Positions 39,204 to 51,763 of a DNA stretch of 64,000 nucleotides are shown here, one piece after another. A program made the translations under genes and the position numbers. Origin of the DNA: Glycera tridactyla (taxonomy: Eukaryota); NCBI GenBank assembly GCA_965644265.1, contig OZ286459.1:99386001-99450000 (forward strand), read 5' to 3'. The first letter of the stretch is position 1. The number at the start of each line of letters is the position of its first letter. The notes beneath the pieces are model-generated. The model had not been told where the DNA came from. It saw only the letters and a list, made by a program, of their open reading frames with translations, and made no database searches.

Positions 39204-39717
39204 ACTTTTATTTCAGACTTGAGTAAGGACCACCATGAGCTGTCCACCTTTAATGAACATATGTTCACAGCTGAAGAAATCACAGACAGTAGAATATGAT
39301 CCAGATAGGCCACCAAGACAAGGTATGACTTTGGGCAAGTAAAAACCCATGATAAAATAAGCAATGAACCTGGCACCCTCCTTTAGCATGCAAAACACGT
39401 AGAAAAAGGCCCCCAAAAATGTATGTTTTTTTGTGGTGGAATGTGAAGAAACTGGAGTGAGAGGCAGTCGGCAAGCCCAAATACTGGTGTATGGGTGGGC
39501 AAGCATGTGACATGGAATTCCCAGAGTAGAGCTTGAGATTATTTACAAGAAATTGTTATCTTATGGGAAGCATTAAAAAAGTGGCTGTCAATAGCATAGT
39601 GCCAAGTGAGCAGAATAAGGCTATACGTCAGCAGTGGTCGGACACACCGTGCACAACTACTACAGCCATCACTCCCACCTACCCGCTTTCCAACCTCCAA
39701 GAACAGCAAAATCAGTC

Positions 39718-39900
39718 TGTTTGTTTGTTTCAGGTTTAACTGACATGTATAAACCCATAGGATCATGTATGCCAGTGTCTTCCTGGTCAATGAAGGCTAG
39801 ATGTTCTCTTCCCAGCAGGCAACACTTACACAAGCCCTGAACACGAGATGACAGGAATCCTGAAAAGGTTCAGACACACCTGACAGTTCAGACACACTTC
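39718..39900 (-). mobile_element. Family C (AAAC-tailed) retroposon-like copy
   Basis: Aligns by eye with the 6346, 56666 and 58742 copies. Confidence 0.75.
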
Positions 39901-39949
39901 TACCATCTCACACACCAGTGTCCACCCTTAATGTCGACAGAAACAGGTG

Positions 39950-40092
39950 TCACAAAAACAAGAGGTCTCTCATTGTGGGTATATTTGAATATCTTGAATA
40001 GAGAGGTGGTCTCCAGGAAAGTTGTTTCTCAGGTGATTGCTCCTGGTGGGGGATGACGTGGGGATGGGGGTCGCCTCTCACAGGTTCCACTG
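39950..40092. mobile_element. Degenerate MITE family 3
   Basis: GGTCTCTCATT.TGGGTATATTTGA core; CAGGTTCCACTG|TA end. Confidence 0.55.
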
Positions 40093-40313
40093 TATTGATT
40101 TCAAGAGAATAGATTGAGATGATTCCTATGAGATTTCTGAATAAGTTCATAGCTACTATAATGGTGGTTGATGGTGCATTCCGATCAATCACACACTGCT
40201 TGGATAGCAAATTTTTCTACTTGTTGATAGTGTAACAATATTATCAACATTTATCTGCTTTCAGCTATAGCTACTAGCTGTCTTGAGATACACAAATTGG
40301 AATTTGTAAAATA

Positions 40314-40458
40314 CAGTCAAACCTGTCCTAAGCAGCCACCCTTCGGGAAGGGAAAAAGTGGCCGCTTAGAGCAGGTTAATTATAGTGAAAAAAACCTCCG
40401 GCGGGAAATTCAAAAGTGGCTGCTTAGGGCAGGTGGCTGCTTAGGACAGGTTAGACTG
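40314..40458. mobile_element. MITE family 2, well preserved
   Basis: TA|CAGTCAAACCTGTCCTAAGCAGCCACC ... GGTGGCTGCTTAGGACAGGTTAGACTG|TA, about 27-bp TIR with one mismatch. Confidence 0.92.
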
Positions 40459-41243
40459 TAGCATTATTCATACACATAGTGTGAGCTTGTGAAACAGAAC
40501 CATGGTTGCTTTCAACAAAGTGTGGGTGCAATCAAAATGCAAAGGTATTCTTAATTGTCCATATCATTACAGAGAACAAGACTCATGCCATGGTGGAATA
40601 CCTATTCAGTGTTTAGACATAGTAGCAATGAAAACAGGTACCAAACCTCCAAAATGGCCAGACAATTTCCAATTGATGGAGGAAGATTGGAAACACCAGC
40701 TAACATATTCCGACAATATTCATTGATAACAACACAAAATAAAAGAGAATGAATTGAAACTCACATGATGAAATGGGCTTCATTGGGAGTGGGTTAAAGA
40801 GCTGAGCAAGAACGTTGTCAGGCATCTTGCAGCTACCTCATAAATTATGGACCATAGTTGGGAGTAAATTACTACCTGAGATAATGGAATCATCAAGGAC
40901 AAGAAACACACTACACAGTGCTGATTAGCTACCATCAAGCCAGCTAACCCTCTAGCTGATCATCACCCACAGTCTACTTGAAGATGCAAAGTGGCATGTC
41001 CCTTTCACATGTCAGGCTACCAAAATAGCACTGGGTGAGGGATAGAAATGAAATATCTTTCTCATCTAACCCCAGAATCCTTCCATCCCTCAGTCACTTT
41101 GTGAATTTACACAGTAGAACCTGCTTGAGAGACCACCATATTACTAAGACCATCTGCATTTCGAAGGCCACCCCGTGCTGTTATCATCGTAGTATTTCCA
41201 CCACTGAATAGCCTCTCTACTTTTGCCAACACAAGTACATGTA

Positions 41244-41421
41244 CAGTGAAACCTGCGATGAGAGACCCCCGTCAAGAGAACACCTCCAACGGGAGACATC
41301 TTTTTCAGTGCAGCTTTTCGATTTCACATAGTCAAATATACCTCCAAAGAGAGACCACCTCTTTTGAGAGACCACATTCAGGTGACCGTCTCCCGGCCGT
41401 CTCCCGTTGCAAATTCCACTG
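41244..41421. mobile_element. MITE family 3, abutted by further MITE pieces (41112-41220 and 41424 onward)
   Basis: TA|CAGTGAAACCTGCGATGAGAGACC...GTTGCAAATTCCACTG|TA; CATAGTCAAATATACCTC core. Confidence 0.8.
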
Positions 41422-41683
41422 TATAGTTGAACCTATCTATAAAGTCTGTCCCTGGAAATGTGAACATGGGTCCATCTAGAAAGTTTGTCTCTAAATAGAG
41501 GTGGTTTGCTGACAATAATACTGCCACATCAAAAGGTTACTCTCATAGACAGGGGGCTATTGTAGAGAAATGCCCTCTGGAGAATGTTCAACTACTTATA
41601 TGGATCATACTGTCCACTTATGCCAGTTGTTCTGCCAATATGTGAGGAAAGAAGTGCTCAACTTTTGCATTGTATGTACTATA

Positions 41684-41859
41684 CAGATCAAGCTGCCTAT
41701 AAAGGCCACCCTCGGTCATATCAAAAAGTGGCCTTCATAGGCAGGTGGCCTCTGTACAGGTCATTTACTGTTGAAAATACTATCATATTTCTAATTCAGG
41801 GTGACCTTTATAGACAGGTGTTTTTTTTAGAGAGGTGATCTCTTGAGTAGGTTGGACTG
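41684..41859 (+). mobile_element. MITE family 1
   Basis: ATAAAGGCCACC, ATCAAAAAGTGGCC and TCATTTACTGTTGAAAATACT blocks; GGTTGGACTG|TA end. Confidence 0.8.
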
Positions 41860-41884
41860 TATCTGACTTACTCAGCCAACTGGG

Positions 41885-41971
41885 CAAGGATGAGTATTCC
41901 ACTGAAAAAGCTGACTCAAATGAAGAACTGAGCCAAGTCTCAGATTCAATCAGAATATCAAGAGTTGCCAC
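41885..41971 (-). mobile_element. Possible LINE AP-endonuclease fossil
   Basis: LDILIESETWLSSS resembles the DI(L/I)xxSETWL motif of CR1/L2 endonucleases; short and isolated. Confidence 0.3.
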
Positions 41972-43588
41972 TTATCTGCAGGGAGGTATCAATGTGAGCA
42001 CCAGCAGCATCCTTACCTGTTGAAAAAACAAACAAAATAAAGGTCAGATACATGTGTAATGAAGACTGAAAAAACTTTGATTAGTGCTCTGAAGGTAAAC
42101 AATCCATATCTGGGAGCCACAAATTTTGGCTCAAGAGAAGGGGTTTACCATGTTCCTTTTATGACTATGATGAAAATCGAATGTAAATCAAAATAAATGT
42201 AGAAGAATAAAGAGATTAATATGCAGAGCACCTAGAAACGCGAAAATCAATGATATTCCATGTACTATTGAAGAGCATCTAGCCTGAAAAAAAGATGCTA
42301 TGTGAGTTGTGACTTTAGGTTACAGTCCTCAAAGAAGTCATCCTCGTAAATCTAATGTGAACTTATTAGCATTGCTCTGAGTAGAAACACAGCAGATGTT
42401 TCCTATTTGTGGAGACAGACCTTTCTCTGAGGTCGGTAATCAATTAAAGAAACAAAACCTACTCCCAGAATGCAATGGACAATGGCAATGTCTTCCTTCA
42501 ATAACAAATTCATTGGCACAGATCAACAAGTACAAGTTAAAAAAAAAAAGTATGGTAATGCATTTTCCGAATTCCGGCTTTTTTTCACCATCTAAGAAGT
42601 CTAACATGGAATCTAATTTCATTTTGATCTTAGATACTCACAGGAGATGTGTGTGCAGATGGAAAGGGTTAGTGAATGTGTGCAAGTGTTGGATGTGTGG
42701 GTCTAGAATCTGCAGTAGATGTAGCATGTAATTAAGCCGTTAATTGCTCATCAATTGGCGTGAATTGATGGCTAGATTGATTGACAAGTGTAATGATGCA
42801 TAGCTATACAAGCCACTCAACCTACAGGAGGCAGAAAGGGAGCGGAACATGCCAACCATGTTTCTTCCACATTAACATGGACATCTCAACATGTAGCTCC
42901 TCACCCAACTTCCTCATCTACCATTACTTACTCACTTATTTGCTTATTTTCTTACTTACTAACATATTTCACAGCTGCTGAATAATGTTGCCAAGTTCAG
43001 CCCCGTATTACTAATAGCTATCTGGGCCTCAGTTCTTGTAGATGTGGCTCATATCATATCAAAATATCAGATAAATCTGTACAGTTAGATAATAATAAAG
43101 CTATTTACTTGTGTGAACAGTTGATGTTACACATGTCATTTTCCTGACATAATACCAGAATTCCGCACCACCAATCTATGTCTTGCCAAATATTGAGAAC
43201 AAAAGAGAGCCATCATAACTTTGTGATGTTCTAATACAATATGTAGGAATTTACTTGATTTAATATCAACTTCATATTTTGTCCAATTCCCAAACCACTT
43301 CACCTACTCGACTATTCATCCATTTGATATAGAAGAGATAGCTGCCCGCCTGCCTGGGGCAAGTCGATTCAACTGACGGACAGGTGGAATATTATCATAA
43401 ATACTTTACATATAAAAGCAGTGCAGGTTAATTTTCCAGGTGGGCATATTTGTATTTATGATATCTTCTCAACCTGGCAATGTACTACCATTTCTTTTCA
43501 TACAGTGATTTTATCTGCACACTTTTGCTTCTGGTTAGTTACATAGTTAGATATGCCATACTCTGGTTCATCCTGTCCATGATAAGAA

Positions 43589-43780
43589 GGTAGAGGTGTG
43601 TCTGGACTGTCAGCTACTTCCACTTATGACTTGTCTGGTTCTCAATCATCTTGTGTTTAGGGTATGTGCGAGTGATGTCCGCAGGGTAGTAAACAGCTAG
43701 CTTTCATCCAGCAGGAACAAGGCATACATAATCCTCTGGTTTGATATGTGCTTTTAAACCTCAAACAAACAAACAAACAA
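43589..43780 (+). mobile_element. Family C retroposon-like copy, opposite orientation
   Basis: GGTGTGTCTGGACTGTCAGCTACTTCCACTT ... AAACCTC(AAAC)4. Confidence 0.78.
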
Positions 43781-44394
43781 GACCAAAAATATGAATTGAC
43801 TGAGACCACTGAGCAATATATAAAGCGAAGACAGAATTGCATGACAGATAGACCAGCTGCGTGTATACATGCCCTAGATATGGTAGGAGCAAAGAGACTA
43901 TAGAGAGACTAGACCAAACTCTTTGGTAGATAGTCCTGGTCACTATCCTTCACTATGTGCTGGGTTCCCACTGGAATGAACAGTGTTGGGAATATGAAAA
44001 TTGGCACAGTGATATTGATGAGTATAGGTAAAGCAAGTACATATAAAACCTGGTCCTATATATCACGGAGTCTGGGCGGTTTCAGAATGTGTGAAAGCTA
44101 TCATGTAGCAAATCCAGCCGAACTGCAGCAATGATGGCCGCTCCATCTGATATGGCCGAGTGCAAAGTGGCAGCTGAGATGATATATGAGAGATGGGTGA
44201 CAAATTATAGCCACAAGCATTAGTGCCATGTCAAGTCCAAGTTTTTATATAAGATGGCTGAGAAAATATATGGCCTATAACAGATCTGAAGTAGCAGTCA
44301 TAAATGTCCAATACCTCCATGCAATCAAGAGCAAAATGTTCACAGTACCTGATAGATGAATGAGATGATTACAAAACTATGTATGCAATAGAAT

Positions 44395-44551
44395 GAAACT
44401 ACATTTCACGATACGCCATCGGAATGTACAAATTACATTTTCAGAAATCATCCAATTTCTTGTGGATTTGAACCTGGGATCTTCAGCATGGCACCGACCG
44501 CCTAGCCTGTGTAGGAGCAAGCTGTCTTATAGGCTGAGCTACGTGGGCTGC
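44395..44551 (-). mobile_element. tRNA-derived SINE family B
   Basis: On the minus strand: A-box-like TAGCTCAG, B-box GGTTCAAATCC, then body ACAAGAAATTGGATGATTTCTGAAAATGTAATTTGTACATT, which recurs at 55157-55235. Confidence 0.75.
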
Positions 44552-45996
44552 TTTCAAAAATGATCTCACTCACAGAAGATACCGATGGAGCAGCATCAAA
44601 TTACTTCAAAAGGCTGGACTCTCATACAAAATAATTCTTTGCAATGTCCTCATTATTTCAAATGCTAGATAAATAGGTTCCTGATCATACATACAATATG
44701 TGTAAACCTAAATGATAATGCAGGTTATACATCAACTATGCTAAATTCAACCCAATTCCCCTCCCAGTCTGAAGCACAGTCAAACCTGTTCTGAGCATGC
44801 AGCCAAGGGAAGATGCAATAATGTATGCCTATAAGATGTACATACTTAGAACAGGTGAATTTAAGTGAAAATACTCTGGCAGGATGAATACAGCATGATA
44901 GCTCAAGAAAATTAAAAAACAATAGACAAATACGCGATTCAAGTGGTTAGACCCAGGTCTGGTATACTGCTGTGTCCTAGTTCCACTGTTTCCACTGTGG
45001 CATATATGGTATATGTTGGTTTATCCCACACATATCTTCAACTACAATCATTTTCAACATGCTTATGGTTGTGGTAAGGAGGGAGTGTTAAGTCCATTTC
45101 AACCTAGGATGATCATCCAGTTAGGTTTCTGGTTGTGGTTGGGTCAGATTCGAGGCTTGAACCCTCTTCTAAGCATCCAACATGTCAGACTGATCTTGGC
45201 TTACTTTATGATCAAGCACCGATCATGTGGATAATTCTCTATAGGCAAGAATATGAGGCCAAGAGGAGACAGTGAAGACTGTGTATCAGCAGCCTAATGT
45301 CATGAATCTTTGATAAGATATGATTAAGTGGCCAGCCTCTAGATCATTCATTAAAATAGGAATAGAGCATGCTGCACAGCTCTGCCTGTACTCCCCAACT
45401 CCCATCATAACCATCAGCAAGCTCAAGATGACCATTTTGAATATGAACATTTTACTCAAAAGAACCCGCATGACCCATTACCAAAAAGTGCCGACTAACG
45501 TGGCCAAAATATTCATTACACAGACTGATATCTGAAATAATATCCAAAGAGCCTCTGAGAGCTAATCTAATGTAACTCCTCTGCCTTCGCCCGTCTAAAT
45601 AAAGATATATCATTGTCATTGTTATTTAGGTTTTGGTAGCCAGGATTAATTTTAGTAAAACCAAATAGTCATAGCATGTCCTGTACTGAGCAATAACCTG
45701 TCTTGACCAGTCATACTTTGCTCACTGTGCTGAAATACAGTCAAAGACCACCTCCAGATGAAGGTCACCTGCCTGCAAAGACCACCTCAAGCGATAACAG
45801 CAACATGTTTTAAGGAACAGAAGGACATGTAACAAGCCTGTGAAGACCACACCAGTGACAAGTAAGCATTTCTTTTATGGAAGACATTCACATAATCTCT
45901 CTGCAAACGTACCAGCAATCAGGAGGCCTAAGTCTTGAGAGGCCACGTGTCAAGGAAACTAGGATGCTAGTGTGCTGCAGGTTCCATTATATTGAT

Positions 45997-46065
45997 AGAC
46001 AGACAGATGGACAGACCGACAGACAGATGGACAGACCAACAGACAGACGGACAGGCAGGCAGACC
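45997..46065. repeat. Degenerate (GACA)n tetranucleotide repeat
   Basis: Seen directly. Confidence 0.85.
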
Positions 46066-47681
46066 AATGACTGCACCATGGGATGGGATGCTAACTGGTC
46101 GATCAGCTATGTGATGTGTTGATGGAAACAAGGCCAGGATCATCTGTGGTTGTTCATAGGAAGAATACAAGCAGTATTTGCTGGTGGATAAACACCAAGT
46201 CAGACCTGCATGGCTGCCATACCTACATGCCACAGATACAATAGCACAATATCAGACACCATTAACACAAAATGGCTATAGTTATGCTGCATTCTGCTGG
46301 GTCAGGCTATCAACATGGGTTAATGCATGTATTAGGGAGGAGGCATGGCAGCCCAATGGGGTACAGAGACAGAGATGTGTATGTAGATCAGGGTAAAGCG
46401 CACCGGTGAGTGGAGACAGACGACTATGTACCACCGCTCCGCTTGCAATCACCATTATTGATCAGCTAGATTTTTCTGCGAGATCAATAGTTGGAGGCGA
46501 TCCAAATTAAGCGCTGGATACATCGGCCTTTACTCTTCTACATTTTTTGTAACGGGATGTTCTCACCATTTGTAGCAAACAAAAGTCAGTTAAAGGCTGG
46601 AAAAACTGACAGCAAAATGAATATCTCAATCAAACATTTTGCTGAAAAATTCATGCACTGAGAGGTAAAAGAGATGATGGAATCAAGTGTAGACTGCAGT
46701 TTGCTTAGAGTAAGACATCCTAAAAAGCAAAAGATATTTTGGCATCTGCTGGATCTTCTATCAGAGCTAATGGGACAATTCATTTCAAGTACCTCCAGAC
46801 AAATGAGACATTTGCTGATTTGATGAGGGAGTTCCACTCAAGGAAGATTCTGTGATGTAAATACCTTCTGGATGCAAGCTAAGAATTTTTCAGCGAAATG
46901 AACTGTAGTACATAGAAAGATTTCCAGTCAAGGAGAATGTTTTAAAATATTATTCTAACCTGCCTACTACGCAATGGGATTTATAAATATATGAAGCATT
47001 GGGGTCATATTGGGTAGCCTTCCAATCAGGAAAAAATCTGCTTCACAACTGGAATGAATCTGGAAATGCTAAATGTAAAAGGGGAGTTTTGGAAAGCAGG
47101 TCTTGGGTTTGAGAAGATGGAGTATTCACTGATCATTAGTGTGTGTGACAGGCGGTTCAAGTGAAGGATGATTTATGAGACGCTATTTGAATAAATTGGA
47201 GATAATTCTTGAATGAGCTGTGATCAATATCTGGGAGTTATTGAAAGCAGATAGTCCAGCCATCATGCTATTTAGATGACTAATCAAATTCAAAGAATAT
47301 TATGCAGACTGACACTTGAAGTTCCTCTCATCTGCACAATTTATTCATTAAAACACAGAATGTGGGATTAGATGAGCACGGCCACAGACACAGCAGAAGA
47401 AATGAACTTGGAGGCTTAAATCTGGCAAGTGACATTGGCAATCACATCTTCAACAGCCACACTCAACCAAGCCCCGAAATACTGTTGAACCTGCTCGAGA
47501 GACCACCTCCACTGAAGAGGAAACCTGAACCATCCATCCTATATGAGTGAAACCAGTCATGAGCAACTCCCTGGTTTGTACCTTATGATGTGCAACCCCC
47601 TATCTAACGTGACCAGCAACTGGCCTAAATTACCTGCGACAAATGACCACTAGAAGTGAATCAACATGGAGTAGTTAAACA

Positions 47682-47991
47682 CAGTTAGCCTAACACGGCT
47701 GAAAGCGGACATTTCTGGTGAATATCAACAAAATTTCGGAATATTACCAAAATTGTCCTCCATCTTTACATGCCTGTTTCATACTATTTACATGTATTTT
47801 GCGAAATATTTGGCAAATATACATTCAATCCAGGGAGATATCTAATGAGAGAGCACTAATGTGAGTAATTTGAATGCATGTGTACATATCGCAGCCGGGC
47901 TCTCTCGAACGAAACTTCGACGATCGAACATCTCTTTTGAGCGATCAATGTTTTCTGACAAGTAGGGGGTCGCTCTTGACAGGTTTTACTG
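47682..47991. mobile_element. Tc1/mariner-type non-autonomous remnant related to the 20947 element
   Basis: CAGGTTTTACTG end and partial CpG retention. 47794-47822 is the reverse complement of 21120-21148 at 25 of 29 positions. Confidence 0.5.
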
Positions 47992-49286
47992 TGATGGGCC
48001 ATTTCATAATCATCATTGGGTAATGGGGATGAAAATATTGACCCAGTAGACTCATAATAGGGCTCAAATGATAGGGTAAACATGAGGGCCATGGGCATGG
48101 GTACACAAAGAATCTCAAGCCCCATGGTCACCTTCGAAATAGATATTTTTGATGACAGTATGTCAAGTGTTAGGCTTGACCCCAGTCCAAAATACTGCCA
48201 AAAAAAATTAATTCATTTGACAAAGGACACACATGAATGTTAGAGAGTACCTCAGTATCACCACCGTGTATCCATTGCAATATTGACAGAACAAATTTCC
48301 CTGACAAGACCAACTCGTTTGAAAGACAACTAATTGCCCCAACAGAATTCGTGAAATCCCACTCGATCCATTATTCTCAATCTATGAGAATGATTGCCGG
48401 AATCAATATTCAATCAAGGATAACACATGTGGCTTATGACGACAAACTTGCAATAATTCAAATCCCAAATTGTAGCCAAGACAGGAGTGTCATCATTTAC
48501 AAACTGAGCAAATTCGCTGCTCTTAAATCAGGATTATTTACCGCTCACCACCGACCTCTGCCAATATCACCAACTTGACTGCTACCCACCATGTCCTGCT
48601 AACTTGCCAGTAACAAGAGCGGTTGACTCACAGTGATAATGATATGGTTGGGGCGGGCACTTGATGGGGTTTCTCTCAAGAAGGGTGCCATACTGCCTGC
48701 GCCCTGGACCATCTAATAAGGTAATTACCCTGTATGTGGACATCTATCATCAGAGACATTCCTTCAGTGGGCTGGACACCCACCACCATGGCATGTCAAA
48801 ATTGGAGGGCATCATGTTGAGACAGTCACTCAGCATCTAAGCTGACCCTTCCCTAACTGTATCATCCACATCCATCATTAGCCATTTACAAAATCTAAAG
48901 CAGTGCTTTAAACAAAGCACATTACTTTTCAAAAATGAATGTATTAGCTTCCGAGAATATATATTCAGTAATAAACTGTCAACTTCAAGGAAGATTACTT
49001 CAGATTTGATCCAATCAAAAGAATAAAAGGCAGCCATGGAAGAAGCCAACATGGAGGAGATGGTTGCAGCTGACAAATTTACTTTTGCATCACTCCAATT
49101 TGAGATCATGTCATGCATGCTCTGGATAAGCAGAAAGGCGGGGAGTCCATAAACACTTCAGTACGTGGTATCAGCCCCACTGTGTACTAAGTAGAATGAT
49201 CATGCCCAAGACAAACCTTGCAAATATTTTCTGACACCTGAAGAGCAGTTATAGTTTTGTTTTTTGATGTCATCATCCATCCTTAC

Positions 49287-49334
49287 CCAGAAGATAAGCA
49301 TGCTTTTCTCGATGAGATGATCTGCTAATGATAT
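49287..49334 (-). other. Candidate 48-nt frame-preserving exon
   Basis: Acceptor CCTTTCTCCCTCACCTCAG| and donor TGG|GTAAGG; two frames open. Confidence 0.35.
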
Positions 49335-49768
49335 CTGAGGTGAGGGAGAAAGGCTATCAGAGGCATGGGCTTGTCTTGAACTGAAAGTTCAATAGGCTGC
49401 TCTTATAGCTATGATGTCATCAACATAAATCAAATTTCTTGACTACCGTCTCCATAGCAGTACCATGTGGGGGTTAGAAAGCTTTCCTTTTGTCGTCTTG
49501 AGTTGTTCAATTAGCAACAGTCACTAAAATTCTAAATGCTCACTAGACGGAATCCAAGAATTAACAGGTTCAATCCACAGTGATGAGATAGCCAAATTCA
49601 AAACAAATCTTCAGCGCTGTACAATATGAAGCTCAAACCAGCCTGAATAAATGTTATGCCATTACAGGATGGGCACAATGGAAGAGAAATATTCTGTTAA
49701 TGATCATATTACAAATGTTTAATCTGTGGGCAATCTATAATATTTGGTGATAATTGAAAATAAACATA

Positions 49769-49924
49769 CAGTTGAGCCTGTCTATAAAGACCACCTTCCG
49801 TTGCATAAGAAGCGGCCATGTGGGTGATCTTTATATAGAGGTCATTGACTGTTGATAATAATAGCACGGTCACAGCCCAAGGTGGCCTTTATAGAAAGGT
49901 GGTCTTTATAGACAAGTTTGACTG
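49769..49924 (+). mobile_element. MITE family 1
   Basis: TA|CAGTTGAGCCTGTCTATAAAGACCACC ... GGTGGTCTTTATAGACAAGTTTGACTG|TA. Confidence 0.88.
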
Positions 49925-50817
49925 TAGCTGAGTCTGAGTTGACAGACCTAAAGCTACAATGCTACTTTGGAATCTGATATTCTGCTCTGTGAGCAGTGGA
50001 GCATTTGCTCTGTGGGATCTTTTGCTTGTTTTTTCTCAGTCTGTGGTGGAGAGTCAATGATGCTTGAGACGATCAGCAAGCACACATCATGCCTCACTGA
50101 CTTCCAGACTCTCACCGAATGCTAATACAACGCCTTGGCTACAATGCTACAACTAGATGCCTTAGTATCCTACATATAACAATGATGTCAATGAGATGAT
50201 GTAGATGTTTTTGAAAATATGGATGAATTCACAGAAATATCCCTATCATATTCTCAATAATCCCTAGACATATTTAAGAAAGGAATAAAAACTGAAACCA
50301 GCCCCTGGGAAATCGGTACAGTAACGTAGCAGATGTTGATCCCATGTACATGCAGTAAAATCAACTTTCTGAAAACAATCAATAACTTTTCATAAGACTT
50401 GAACTAGCTACCCATGTACCTTACTGACCTAGTCCCAGGTCTCAAAAAAGGTTCTATTTAATGGATACCGTCTTCCCCTTATTCCAATCTTACTGTACCT
50501 GACCTGAACAATTCATGACTTGGATGTATGCATGTGATTGATTGTTTATTTATTTGGGAAATGAATCTGTGAGTGACTGAAACCCTAGCTAAATCAGTGA
50601 GTGCAAGTTTATCATTTTGGTAATGAATGTATGAGTGAATGATCCCAACCATACCCCATAATAGGTATGTGTATTTCTATTTAAACTTAATAATCTCATG
50701 CATATCCTGTACATTTCTTAATTATTGTTGTATATTTATCCTTCTCGCACTCGTGTGTGCCGGAAAAATCACTTTGTGATAATTGCATATTTATACTTGT
50801 ACATATTTTGTATTGCA

Positions 50818-50994
50818 CAGTGAAACCTGTCTTGGAGACCGCCCCAAATGCCAATGAAAAGTGGTCTCTCAAGACAGGTGGTCTCTCATTAGAGGTATAT
50901 TTGACCATGTCAAATGAAGAAGAGTCGATAAAAAGCGGTCTCCCATTAGAGGGTGGTCTCCCAAAAGAGGGGTCTCCCAAGACAGGTTTCACTG
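50818..50994 (+). mobile_element. MITE family 3 (young subfamily)
   Basis: CAGTGAAACCTGTCTTGG...CCCAAGACAGGTTTCACTG|TA; closely similar to 51775-51952. Confidence 0.92.
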
Positions 50995-51107
50995 TATTGG
51001 TACTACGAGTCAAAATAAAGTCTCCTGAATGGAATTTAATTGAATAAGTATTTACAGTTGAACTTGTCCTGAGCAAGACTTGTACTAAGCTGGTTTTGTA
51101 TCATAAA

Positions 51108-51242
51108 CATAGAAACCTGCGATAGAGAAAACCCTAACTGACAACAAAATGTGATCTTACAAAACGGGTGATATCCAGAACCAATATGGGGTTTCCAGAG
51201 CATGGTCTTCTGTCAAGGGGTCTCCTATTGCTGGTTTCACTG
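51108..51242. mobile_element. Degenerate MITE family 3
   Basis: AGAAACCTGCGATAG ... CTATTGCTGGTTTCACTG|TA. Confidence 0.6.
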
Positions 51243-51763
51243 TATTGAGTCTGTTACTGAAATATCCGAGCCTCAGTTGAATTAAAAGCACCCCTCTGAA
51301 TGTTACCCATCTAGTGATCTCGCAAGAGTAGCTATCTGCCATCCCCCAAGCTCCAGTTTTTCTGACAGGTCAGTGAGGCCACATGGCCCATTATCTAAAA
51401 ATATTGTGGGCCATGATTCAGTCTCTGATAAGATGACATGGTTTGGAGCAAGTGAAATTGTAAGTTGATTCAGATAGGGGGCGGGGGTGGGGGGTTGTTT
51501 CTTCAAAATGTTTAAGTAGCATGACACAACAAGTGATTCCCTTGCATCCAGTTCACCTATGTCATCAGCATCGCCGGTTTTGCGGCAACGTGAACAAATG
51601 GCCAGGCGATGTCATAGAAACATGGTCGATGGCCTCTATGACGTCATAGAAAGTTGTCCCACTGGTTGTAAGGAAGGGTGAGGCTTCATGGGGGGGTCTC
51701 TGCAATGTAAAATTGTGTGATGGTACACGGAAACTACATCAATGTACCAAAAGGGCTCATATA

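Noticed and set aside
44466-44551. Functional tRNA gene (also 55827-55910)
   Set aside because: No acceptor stem or cloverleaf, and it is followed by a repeated SINE body.
49401-49433. RT catalytic-like LIYVDDIIAI on the minus strand
   Set aside because: Stops lie a few codons away on both sides and no other RT motif is nearby.
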